From Ruditapes philippinarum (lineage: Eukaryota), in contig NW_026854825.1 in NCBI RefSeq assembly GCF_026571515.1, positions 62,001 to 126,000 of the forward strand: a stretch of 64,000 nt of DNA, read 5' to 3'. Position 1 is the stretch's first letter; the number at the start of each line of letters is the position of its first letter. Positions 53,801 to 64,000 of this stretch are shown piece after piece. A program made the translations under genes and the position numbers. Under the pieces are notes generated by a model. It was given only the letters and a program-made list of their open reading frames with translations, did no database searches and was not told the origin of the DNA.

Positions 53801-56324
53801 GTTAGTACGAATAAGTACGGTCTGATACGGAGAAGAACGAATTGATACGGAGAAGAACGAATTACCACGGATCTATACGGACCTAATACATCCGTCTACA
53901 ACCTCTTGCATGCTCATTTTCAAAATGCCTCACAAGAAAACAACACCTAGAAAACGAATTGCACAGTTCAATGATTTTGGCGGAGAGGATTCGGCCTAAT
54001 CGCGTCCGACCCCCTGAGACACATCTGGTCCGATTAAAGTGAATTTCGTGAAGGACGCTGGGTCCTTAAAAAGTTAGGAAATGAGAACCTCATACTAAAC
54101 ATGAAGGGGTCTTCATAAAAACCCATCTCTAGTCCACCATCACGTCTGTCTTCTCTTACCTGATTAGATATGGACTAGTAATAATTAATGAAAAATGTTG
54201 ATCAATACTGCTCCTCTTTTAATTTTAATAATTATCGTGAATGTTTATGTTTTAAAAATATGTAAAAAGCTTGTTAATTAATCTTATTATCACTCAAGGG
54301 CCAGCGTCCGAGGCTTATGCGACACCTCGTTTTATGTACATATTTATCCAATTTCACGATCCAATGCTTGTAAAATATCTAACATTACAATGTTATTCTA
54401 TTACTTATGAATTCTAGTACGATATAATTAATATATTTTGACCTCTATGCATGTCATCAAGCAGCCCGACCACTGCCTCCGCATTCTGAGCCATTTCAAT
54501 ATAAAGTTGCAGCCAGTTAATGGCAATTATTATTTATTGAATGTTCTCGCAAAAATGTCTGTTTTTAACAAGAAGGTAGTATTTATACCCTTGAAAAAGT
54601 ACATGATACTTAATTCATCCGTACTAAACAGTAGTGGTCCGTTCAATTCCGTACTGTTTCGTGTTGCAACGCAATAAACCGTAAAAGACCGTGCTAATCC
54701 CTGCCTCTCCGTGGTACAACGTATTACGATCGTGGCTTTCCGTGACAATGCCGTATTTATCCGTATTAAAACCGTAGCTTATACGTAGGTAACCGTACAA
54801 ATACGTAGTTCTCCGTACCAAACCGTGGAAATCCTTGACAAGTTAGTGGACTACGAATCAGTACGGACTAGTACGGTTTTCGTACGGACCAGTACGTATC
54901 AGTACGGTTTAATACGGACTAGCAGGGATACGCTACGGTTGATTTTTCCGTAGCAAATTTTTGTGCATGTTCAAAAATTGTCAAGGATTGCTACGGATAT
55001 TCAAGGACTACTACGAATGATTACGGTTACAATACGGAGAGCTACTGACCAGTACGGGTAGCTACGGACGATGCCGGAATTAATCCGTGGCTCTTCCGTG
55101 GGCGTATTCCGTGAATATGTGACCGGGGTATTAGCCATGCAATCAAACCGGGTTTTACAGACAGGCATTAGAAGAAGTATCAAATACCGTTATATTTGGA
55201 AGTTAAACAAATTGTTAATTTTTGTCAGAAAGAAAATGTTTGAAGTAATTTTTAACAAATCAACTTGAAATAATAGAGTTATTTTTTCACAGGCAAGATT
55301 GTTTTGCCAGTTTACCTGTCGGCTATATGGACAACGTCATGTTTATTCTCGAAATTGTGAAAATTACCAACTTATTATTGGTTTTCCAAGTATAAAAATT
55401 AGAAACCGCATCACTTTCAAAATAATGAAAGCTAATCAATGATTGGTTGTTTGAAATACCACGAGAAGGTGACCTATGGGTGGATGTCAGATCCTAATGC
55501 ATAGCGTTATTTAGGAGCAAATTTTAATCAGATTGATCTAATTCAACTTTAATGCAATCCATCTCAGTTTAAGCCTAGTCTATGACTTTGGTTCTATAAA
55601 TAGGCATATAGTTATATGCAATTAGCCCTTAGTGTTAAAATACAATAGTTATATACCTTCAATCCCTTTTCATCAATATCCTTTATACTAATGTGCAGCA
55701 AAACTACGGTAAATCCATGCCCTTTGACTGCTGCCTTTCCGATCTTTTTCCCCCAGAAAGATTTCTTTACGCTCTCTGACGGACGCGGTTCCTCTGAGGC
55801 TATAACCAAATCGTCTTTGTCAATATTGTTTTTCCCGATGACATATACGCCCAGTGGCTTTTCAAGCATGTCTTTCAAATGATGCGTCCTATCAACTACC
55901 TCGCTTTTCGGCTTGAATACGATAGGATATGCACCGTTATCTATAAGAAAAAATCTGCGTTAGTTATTTAATTACATTGTAGATAGGAAAAGCAAAACGA
56001 ATATATTTAATAAGGGATAAGAATCTGAAGTTTAGAAAAATGTAGCGTTATGAACTGAAAAGATGATAATAATCTTCATCATCTAAATACGCTCTTCATC
56101 ATTGTTAAATAAAGCAAATATTCGTCTTTAAGTTAACAAATTAAAAAGTCTAAAAGATTTTGGACGAAATGTCAATAACACGAGCTCACAAAATTTAAGG
56201 TAAGTTAAAACTTACCGATAACATTTGTAAATCGTTTGTGTACATCTTTGAATCGTCTTTCGAAAAAGTAAACCCTTGGATAAACCCACGTGTCAAAAAC
56301 ATTTTCGAATTTTGAAATAGCCAT
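47844..56324 (-). CDS. Array copy 5: pseudo-P-loop/helical domain + NAL1-like serine protease, 734 aa; complement(join(47844..48750,49107..50011,55657..55940,56216..56324))
   Basis: GT-AG introns; 109+284+905+907=2205 nt, phases 1,0,2. Exon 1 MAISKFENVFDTWVYPRVYFFERRFKD. Protease motifs GTLGM, LTCGHVV, VDLAAV, FKYGAATDLTKG, YAMRGDSGS. Intron 2 is expanded to 5.6 kb by repeats. Confidence 0.9.
50970..51525. mobile_element. Non-autonomous element ending in a ~145 bp imperfect palindrome (51371-51515)
   Basis: TTTGTTTTACATGTAAGATTGAAATA..GTGAACACCAG..ATTTTCACTCGTGGCTACGCCACTCGTGAAAAT..CTGGTGTTCAC..TATTTCAATCTTACATGCAAAACAAA; additional inverted pair TTTTATTTCATGCTTT / AAAGCATGAAATAAAA. Confidence 0.65.
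52330..53250 (+). mobile_element. Dispersed repeat family A, copy 3 (intron 2 of array copy 5)
   Basis: Matches 42336-43250, with a ~170 bp internal insertion near 52915-53080. Confidence 0.7.
53543..55130. mobile_element. ~1.6 kb non-autonomous DNA transposon with TIRs and dense TACGG/CCGTA subterminal motifs (PIF/Harbinger-like, tentative)
   Basis: Left CCCCGGTC(GGGT)CACATATTCACGGA..CCACGGAAGAGCTACGG; right CCGTGGCTCTTCCGTGG..TCCGTGAATATGTGACCGGGG. No transposase ORF seen. Confidence 0.8.
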
Positions 56325-57457
56325 TGTTCTGAAAAAAGAGCAGGGAAATTTAAGAACTTAAAACAATTGTAAAACTATATTTCACGTTTGCACAAACAGT
56401 GTAGAGTGTTGTATTTCAATAAGGAAATAATATCTGGATTCTGAGTGCATTGTGGTGTAATATATTGTATGAAAATGCACGGTTTGGAGTTCAGATGGGT
56501 AGTTATATAATCACAAGGAGGTCATACCATGCGTGCAAATCCTCAAAATTGTGATACCGCTTACATTTTATCAACCGGTATTTTGAACAAAAACGAGTCA
56601 TGTAAAGCAATCAGAATAGATTTGAGTGCAAAGAACATGTCCTTACTTCTAGTTTTAATATTACAAATGCCTTGACACAAGTCTTTCCTTTCTCGTCAGT
56701 ATTTCACGTTGAATGCGATTTTGATTCTGGATACTGCGTACACCCGGCGTTGAAATGTTACAGAAATTGAGAAATTAAACTGAAACCATAAAGCATTCAA
56801 ATTGAAGTTAAAATTCAATAGTTTCACAGTGTTAGACTATAGGCAATGCTAATTAGCGATTAAACTATCGATAAAATCAACAGTTTCGCATAACACAGTT
56901 TTGTAAATATCACAAATACAGGAAAGAACTTGAAACATGCGCACATAAACATAGTTTATAATATACCTATAAATGAAATATTGAGAAATATTGATGAAAT
57001 AAATGCGTATTTTCATTTTCCATATTTTAACTGTAAAACTATTTTTCTCTACAGTGAAGCATATTTTCCGTATTTTCACTGGTGTTTTGTCGGACTACTT
57101 TCTTCTAAATTCAGCCAATACACACAATACAATTTAAGGGAAAGTCTTTCAAATTGTGTTGTACAAAAATGTATAGTAGACACACTATTCATGTATTTTT
57201 AGATGCAGGATTTCTTTTCATATTGTGGTATGAAAGTTATCATTTTTCACTCGTGGCTACCATTAATGAAATATTTACTTTCATACAACTCGATGAAAAA
57301 AGATCCTATATTTATAGATATTTTTTAACTTTGTATCATCTCTATATATACTGACATCCAAATCGAGACATTCGAAAAATATGCCATGTATGGCAAAAGA
57401 AACAAATCGAGAGAAAAAAAAAACAAACAAAAAAAACAACAACAACAACAAAAAGCA

Positions 57458-59589
57458 CCCAGCAAACACCTGACGTTGTTTCAACGTTGGATCTAAGTTG
57501 GATTTATGTCGCGACGTCAAAATCCTTAATACAACGTTGAAACAACGTTGTATTTACGACGTCGTATCAACGTGTTGGAATTACGTCGATAGGACGTCGG
57601 ATTTCAATGAAATCTAACATAGTAGTCTTGATTGAGTAACTTCCCTTTGTTCTGATTTATAAACCCGATAGGTGGCTCTTATTTCAGTTCAAGATAATCA
57701 TTCGAATTTTGTTATTCATTTTTTTTTCTTCACATCCATTGTATTTTTAAAATATTTTTTTGTCATACTAGACAATAGAAAGGAACAATGTTAGTATTTC
57801 AAATTAATTGAAAACATAATGGAAACTTGATGAATTTCAAAACGAGGCTACAACAACAACTTGTTTTTTTTTAAATTCAAACAAAGACAAAGGACATTAT
57901 AGACATCATAGAAGACAACTGGCATAATAAAAAGTAAGTGCTATATTTTAAGGTAGATTATTATTAAACTTACTGCATGCTAGTCCAACTAATTAGACTT
58001 GTCAAAGAGACACCGAGATAATTTTGGACGGGCGCTGTCTTTTTCCAAGTAAGAAAAAAAAAGTCTGTAAAATGGCTGATGACAATTAGCTAATAACAAT
58101 GTATATATTTGTATACATGAAAAACAGTCGACAGAAAAAAACATTTGGACATAAAAGAATGATGAGGACATCAAATTTAGGTAATATATGGATTTTGATT
58201 TTGTTATTTACTATAATTTCTGTTTTGTCCAAATTAACTGTTAATCAAAAGTAAAATAATTACGTGAAATGTCTTATGATTGAATTTGCACCTTTACATG
58301 TTACTGTTTTGCAAATTACATATATTTGAAGTTATAGTTTTTGAGTGTTCTACATCATCAATCGACATGTTTCTTATTTATGATATGCTAGGGTAATCTA
58401 TGGGTAATAATATTGAAATTTAATATTATTGATATAAGACCATTTTAGTTGCTATGTACACCTATTTATTTCTTTTTTGCAGTTTCAAGGGGAAAAGACA
58501 AGTTGAACCTCAAAAAAAGTTTTTACATGATTATTTGACACAGTGTCTTCGTAGATGAAAATAATCAGGATCCAGTGGTGAACGTTTAGTATATCAGAAA
58601 TATTCACATGGAGGGGTATATCTCCAAATTTAATATTTTTAAGTTAGTTTTGGAAGAAAAAAGATAAAAAAAATCACCTACTTTCTTTAAAAGTGAATAT
58701 TATTGTTTTGTGTGTTACATTTAATTTTGACAGAAAGGAATATTTTCCCTCACTTATCCGATTTTGTTACCGATGAAATCAACTGCAAATGAAAGGTTTA
58801 TTTTCCATGAATTCCATTTTCTATGAGTTTTTAAAAGAAAACCTTTTTAAGCATGTTGTAAACTTTAATTGACATATGTTGTAATAGATAATAGTAGTTA
58901 ATGTATACTGTAGACCTTTAAATGAAAATGATTTGTTGACTGTTATTTGTTATAATTTTGGATTACACAATGTGTATTATTGTATTGACTGAAAGAGGTC
59001 TGATAAATGTTGAACAATTTTGAAAAGACATGTAGCTCTTACTTTTTTTTTAAATTTTAATAGTTTATATACATTTTATAAATATCAAACACTATTTTAT
59101 TATCACTATAAATGATTAAAAGTAAGTCCTTTTTTGATGTTATGCATATATGTTGGAAATATATATTTACTGTATAGTAAGTTTTACATGAATAGTTTGT
59201 TTAATTGTTTTTATGATTACTTTCTTGAATAATAAAATCACTTCTCGAGTATAGAAAGTTTTGTATTTTCTCCTATTTGGGAATTATTTAAAGAAAACGG
59301 GTCAGATTCATGTTGGGAATTGGTTGGAATTACGTTGGAAACTAGTTGGTATTACGTCAGTAACTGGTTGGAATCATGTTGGAAACTGGTTGGATTCACG
59401 TTGGGAATAGGTTGGAAAGTAGTTGTATATACGTTACATATCGGTTGGATTTATGTCATTTTATGACGTTGGATTGACGACGGATTCTGACGTCTAAAAA
59501 ACTTTCATATACAACTAAATTCCAACGTCTATCCAACGTCGGACTCTAACGTCTGAGCAACGTTGAAACAACGTCATGTGTTTGCTGGG
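57458..59589. mobile_element. EnSpm/CACTA-type non-autonomous transposon (CCCAG termini, 2-bp CA target duplication)
   Basis: TIR CCCAGCAAACAC(C/A)TGACGTTGTTTCAACGTTG at both ends with 1 mismatch; CA on both sides; many ACGTT/GTTGGA subterminal repeats; inserted in a (CAA)n tract. Confidence 0.85.
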
Positions 59590-61048
59590 CAACAACAAAA
59601 CAACCTTTTATGTAAACTTAAAAATCAATGGAATATGTACACGTACATTTTTTTTTACGGATGCCGAAAATAAGTTCGGTCACATACTTGAGAATTGCGA
59701 GTGCGTCGTTGTGTTAAAACCAATCTCGTTAAGAATCTTATCATAACTTACGCTAGCGAAGAGTAACGGAGCGAAAACGATCGCTGATCTGATGTTAAAA
59801 ATTCACGTTTCCGGCTTTCTTTGTCGATGACAGTACCGCTCCTAACTAATTTAGTAAAAGACGAACTTTATTTTATATTTGGGATCCCAACGTTACGTCT
59901 GATTATCGATCGCGAGATCAATTCAATGTAAATCTGACTAAAGATTAATCTTACATTTACAATTAAATTAACGTGACACAATTATTGTAAAGAAAATATA
60001 CAAAAATAAATGAAAGTAATCTTTAAATTCGTGCAAATGATGAGATGAAAAAACAAACTAAACTTACCAGGGCTATCTTCTATACATACATGTCCTGGTT
60101 TAAACACACCCCGCAGTCTAAATTTAGAAACGTCTGGGGGAAACCAAGTCTATATTTAACTAAATCTAGCTCTACACTTACTGATTATTTTTCAAAATAA
60201 TATTTGTTTGGTCATTTTCAAATAACATAAAACAACTAAAGCGCAGACGACAAACTGTGATATCAAGCTTTTAATTAAAATAACTATTAACCCATTTTAA
60301 ATATTCAAAATCCTTTGGGTTTCCAAAATGTCAAGGGATAAAACACATTTTATTGTATATATGTAGTGTGGCTATGTTTAACTCCCTTTATGTACTATCT
60401 GGCCATTCGTTAGACTACACGTCTTTTTACCTACCCTTCGTTTTACTTAACGACTAATAGAGAATTTCACATACTTATATAATATGATAGAAACTAAAGG
60501 TATGGCTTTTTAGCAAATTTTTAGGTTAAAATTATGAGCTTTCGCTTCTCTCACTTCAGTTCATTGTAAATATATCGTCATTTTGATGCTATAGATATTA
60601 TATCAATTCCAGCCTTCCTTTATAATCATTATCAATAAATTGATTTATTTTTGTGCCTCTTACAATCCGGACATTTCAACTGGTCAAATTTAAATTCAGA
60701 AACATAAATACACAGAGATCAGTCTAAAATATTATCAAATGTATAAAAAAAATCGTAACATAAGTATATATAATTAATCAAGGATAGATGCATGGTTATT
60801 CAAAACTGACTTGTTTTTTATCTTCATTTCACAGTTTTGTGTATATATATAATTATCCGATCAATTTATATTTTCCATTCACCCATGAATATACATGTTT
60901 TGATGAATTTAAATTGAACGCGACTGATTGACTGAATCATAGTTCGGATATAATTTGGATATTATTTGCCGGACAATTAGTTGGAACCGTCCTGAATCAT
61001 CAACATTCGACAAGGAAAATACATTTTTCAAAAGTTACATAGATAACA

Positions 61049-61507
61049 TGGTGGCTGATTTCTGCCATGTCGTTACTTCGTTCTGTCGTGGTTGAAGGGG
61101 CGACAACACGTAAGAACGTTATAACGACAAAAATATAAATTCTCGTTTTGTCGAACGTACTGTTTTTTGTGTTTTTTTATCGTTTTGTTGTTCTTCAAAC
61201 GCAACATCACGACAAAACGAAAATATGAAAGTGCCGGTACGAAATTTTAATGCGACAACACGGAGATAAAAATATGGTATTGACGCCCGATATTCGGCGT
61301 GTTGGCGCCCTATATTTGGCGTTATCTCGTTCTGACACCTTTGCATAACACGAGAGAACGAAGAAATGTTAACATTAATTTTCTTCTTTCTTTCGTGGTG
61401 TCGCATCTGTTGAATGCAAATGCGACAGAACGCTATTCGTTATTTCGTGTTGTCGCCACTTCAAAAGCGACAGAACGAAGTAACGACATGGAAGAAATCA
61501 ACCACCA
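61049..61507. mobile_element. ~460 bp MITE with 40-bp TIRs
   Basis: TGGTGGCTGATTTCTGCCATGTCGTTACTTCGTTCTGTCG versus the reverse complement of 61468-61507 (2 mismatches); internal CGACA/TGTCG motifs. Confidence 0.85.
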
Positions 61508-62897
61508 GATGTAAATTATTTCTTAAATCTTGAATATTTGTTGTTGATTTTTAATCGTGATTCCTTTTTCTTAAGTTTGATTTTCCGGAACTATTTTTAC
61601 TCATCTGGAGGCATGCAATTTTAAAACAAACTAGGAAATAAAGATACGACTTTTTTTATTTGAATTTCATATACAATATTTTACCCTTTTTCATATACAA
61701 CGTATGTCATTCAGTGATTTACAGATATTTTCAAGTTCATAACAATTTTCATCATTACAATAATGCTATATTTGTCCATACTACATACCATACTTCAGAT
61801 AACCCAGTATTTTCTTCATACCGAATCAATTTTTTTATGCCGAATAAAGATCTCTTCCTTTTGACAAAACTGTTGAACAGTTCTAATTTTGTCAAAAGAT
61901 AACCATAAGTTGTTGAGATATTCCTTAACCAACTCAAGACACGTATGTATTTTTATGACATTTATATAATTATGTTATTATTTGTTGAAAGAAAATAGTG
62001 TTGTAAAGTTTGTGAAATTGTCCCAATAATTAAATCCTGGATAATTTCATATTTAAATATTCCTGATACGAAGGGTATCGGGTTTTTGCTTAAAGAAGTT
62101 AAAAAATATAACTGTTACCATATACATCAATATGTATTTAACCATAATTGTGCATGAACGTAATAAGTCTTAAATAATATAAAAAAGAAAACTTTAATAA
62201 AAAAGTGACACACGAAAATAATTCTAACAAGAGCACCATATCCTGTGTACACGCTCGTCTGCAAAGGGCAATGACTTTCAATTACCAAATTTGACATGTT
62301 AAAATGGGCCATGAGTCCATATGAATTTTAGAATTATTCTCCTTGTCTGACAATCACAAATGTCATGACCAGCAAGAGTTCCAATTTTTATGTTGATAAC
62401 TTTTAACATGTTTGAATAATGGGCTACATTTAAGGTTTTGGAGGACAACGACAACTACGATGGAGCGATTCTGATAGCTGGACTTTTTTTCTTTTAAACA
62501 GACGAGCTAAAATAAAAATGATATTAGAAATAATTGACAGTATATGGTACTCAGTGTGAAATAAAACAGAATTGGTAAACAAGATTGGCTTTTCAAGTCT
62601 AATAAATTACTCAAATAAAAAAAAAGAAAGGTACCATTGTAATTTATTTCCAAGAGCACATGCTTTCCTAAATAAATAAGCTAAATTGAAATGATTCAAG
62701 TTATATGATATTCCAGTTTTGTCCGTACAATTTAAGAAATCTAGCTTAATCATATGTAAAAATCATGCTGGAAAAAATGTTAATTTTTATTTTAACATGT
62801 ATTGTTCATGTAATAAATATAAATCAATCATGAGTAAGCTTGCCAGCTTAGTACAATAATCATCGAAATTACAATCAAGAACTCAGGACTAGAACCA

Positions 62898-64000
62898 TCA
62901 ACACAGAACAAAATTCTTTCCACAGTGTTCCCTTAGTGTGTCCAGAACTTCTTTCATATTAATTGATATACATTTTTTGCTTTCAGAACCAGATTCCGAC
63001 GGGTCCTTGAGTATTAAATCGCCGGCGGTAACCATGGAAACCAGTTCGATTTCGTTTGTCTGAAGATTTCTCCTGCATACGACTGCCCCACTATCGCCGT
63101 GTGTTGCAAATACTTGAGAATTATAACTAGGTTTACTAGACAGAGGTTGACTTAAAATTTCATTTGTATTTCTTGCATCACCCAACTCACTGTCATGAAT
63201 ATCTTGACCGTTTTGTTGCTCCGGTCTAGGTAAAAATACAAAACTTCTTGAACTTTTCTCTAATGACATAACATCGTCTATTGAACTTGCTGCCGCTTGT
63301 CCGACACATGTTAAATCTGATATATCAAAGACATTGCTTGTGTCAGATCCGGAAATGTCCAGTGTATTAATTATATCTTGGGAAATCTGAATATCGTCTT
63401 CGGGTTTAGGAGGCGAAGGCAATTCAACTAAACCGAGTAATATATCTTCTTGGGTAACTGGTGCGGAAGATTCAATTAAACTAGGTAACATGTCTTCTTG
63501 GGTAACAGGCGAGGAAGATTCAATTAAACCGGGTAAATTGTATTCTTGGGTAAGAGGCGGGGACGATCCAATCGATTCTTGTGTAAGAGTCCGCGATTGA
63601 TCATTTTTCATTGCAGTAAATAAACCTTTTGAAACGATTGGCAATGGCTCGACAAGAACTACATGATTAGGTAAGGTAAAACTGAAATAACTGTTTGAAG
63701 CTATAATTCCTCGACTACAACCAGTTGATGCACCATATTTAAACACGTAACTACCAACAAGGTCCCTAGACTGCTCAGTAGCTATTCTGCCAATTTTGTT
63801 GTTACCAAATTCATCTTGGAAATAAAAGCTGCACATGTTTAGATTGTCTTGAGAAACCTTTATTGCAGCAATGTCTGCAAATGGTATATTACTCTCATTA
63901 ACGTTTAATGTCATTGCAGAACTGCTGTAACCAAACAAATGATTTTGAGTTCGAATGTACACTTCGTGCCACTTTTTATCATGAGGATGAACAACATGTG
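62898..64000 (-). CDS. Array copy 6 (5'-partial): terminal exon encoding NAL1-like serine protease with a large internal insertion
   Basis: Frame is open to the window edge, where it reads (A)HVVHPHD (catalytic His), then ADIAAI, FKYGASTGCSRG, FATHGDSGA, LVSMVTAG. Clearly paralogous to the last exons of copies 1-3 and 5. Confidence 0.88.
   Translation of the reverse strand, partial: HVVHPHDKKWHEVYIRTQNHLFGYSSSAMTLNVNESNIPFADIAAIKVSQDNLNMCSFYFQDEFGNNKIGRIATEQSRDLVGSYVFKYGASTGCSRGIIASNSYFSFTLPNHVVLVEPLPIVSKGLFTAMKNDQSRTLTQESIGSSPPLTQEYNLPGLIESSSPVTQEDMLPSLIESSAPVTQEDILLGLVELPSPPKPEDDIQISQDIINTLDISGSDTSNVFDISDLTCVGQAAASSIDDVMSLEKSSRSFVFLPRPEQQNGQDIHDSELGDARNTNEILSQPLSSKPSYNSQVFATHGDSGAVVCRRNLQTNEIELVSMVTAGDLILKDPSESGSESKKCISINMKEVLDTLREHCGKNFVLC
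63400..63590 (-). repeat. In-frame 48-bp (16-aa) coding tandem repeat inside the protease domain of copy 6
   Basis: SSPPLTQEYNLPGLIE / SSSPVTQEDMLPSLIE / SSAPVTQEDILLGLVE / LPSPPKPEDD; GGGTAA recurs at 63452, 63500 and 63548. Confidence 0.9.

Noticed and set aside
53543-55130. Coding potential or autonomous transposase in the TACGG-rich element
   Set aside because: Only short ORFs derived from the subterminal repeats; no DDE motifs seen.
2081-64000. Calling the genes conventional trypsin, HtrA or FAM111 orthologs, or assigning a gene symbol
   Set aside because: No signal peptide, IVGG N-terminus or PDZ domain seen, and the motif pattern fits NAL1-like proteases better; orthology cannot be established without a search.

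Overview
AT-rich eukaryotic DNA with GT-AG introns and a repeat landscape (Helentron/HINE-type elements with ~135-170 bp central arrays, a tRNA-derived SINE, Crypton fossil, MITEs) suggesting a bivalve, probably an oyster (inference). The window is dominated by a head-to-tail tandem array of six diverged paralogs on the minus strand; five are complete and the sixth runs off the right edge. I reconstructed four coding exons for each of copies 1-5, all with identical intron phases (1,0,2) and open frames (882, 720, 723, 482, 734 aa). The architecture is: an N-terminal YPRxxxFxxRFxD helix, a degenerate P-loop/G-domain-like alpha/beta unit, a long helical region, a NAL1-type pro-domain (GVYGxGTxYGxxEIHV), and a non-secreted, bacterial/NAL1-like trypsin-fold serine protease (GTLG..TCAH..DIAA..KYGA..GDSG). 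Copy 4 stops where the protease would begin. Copies 1 and 6 carry ~150-170 aa acidic insertions in the same loop just before the catalytic Ser. My best interpretation is an undescribed cytosolic 'pseudo-GTPase/dynamin-like scaffold + zymogen protease' family with a protease-less member, possibly an innate-immune switch; function is inference only.
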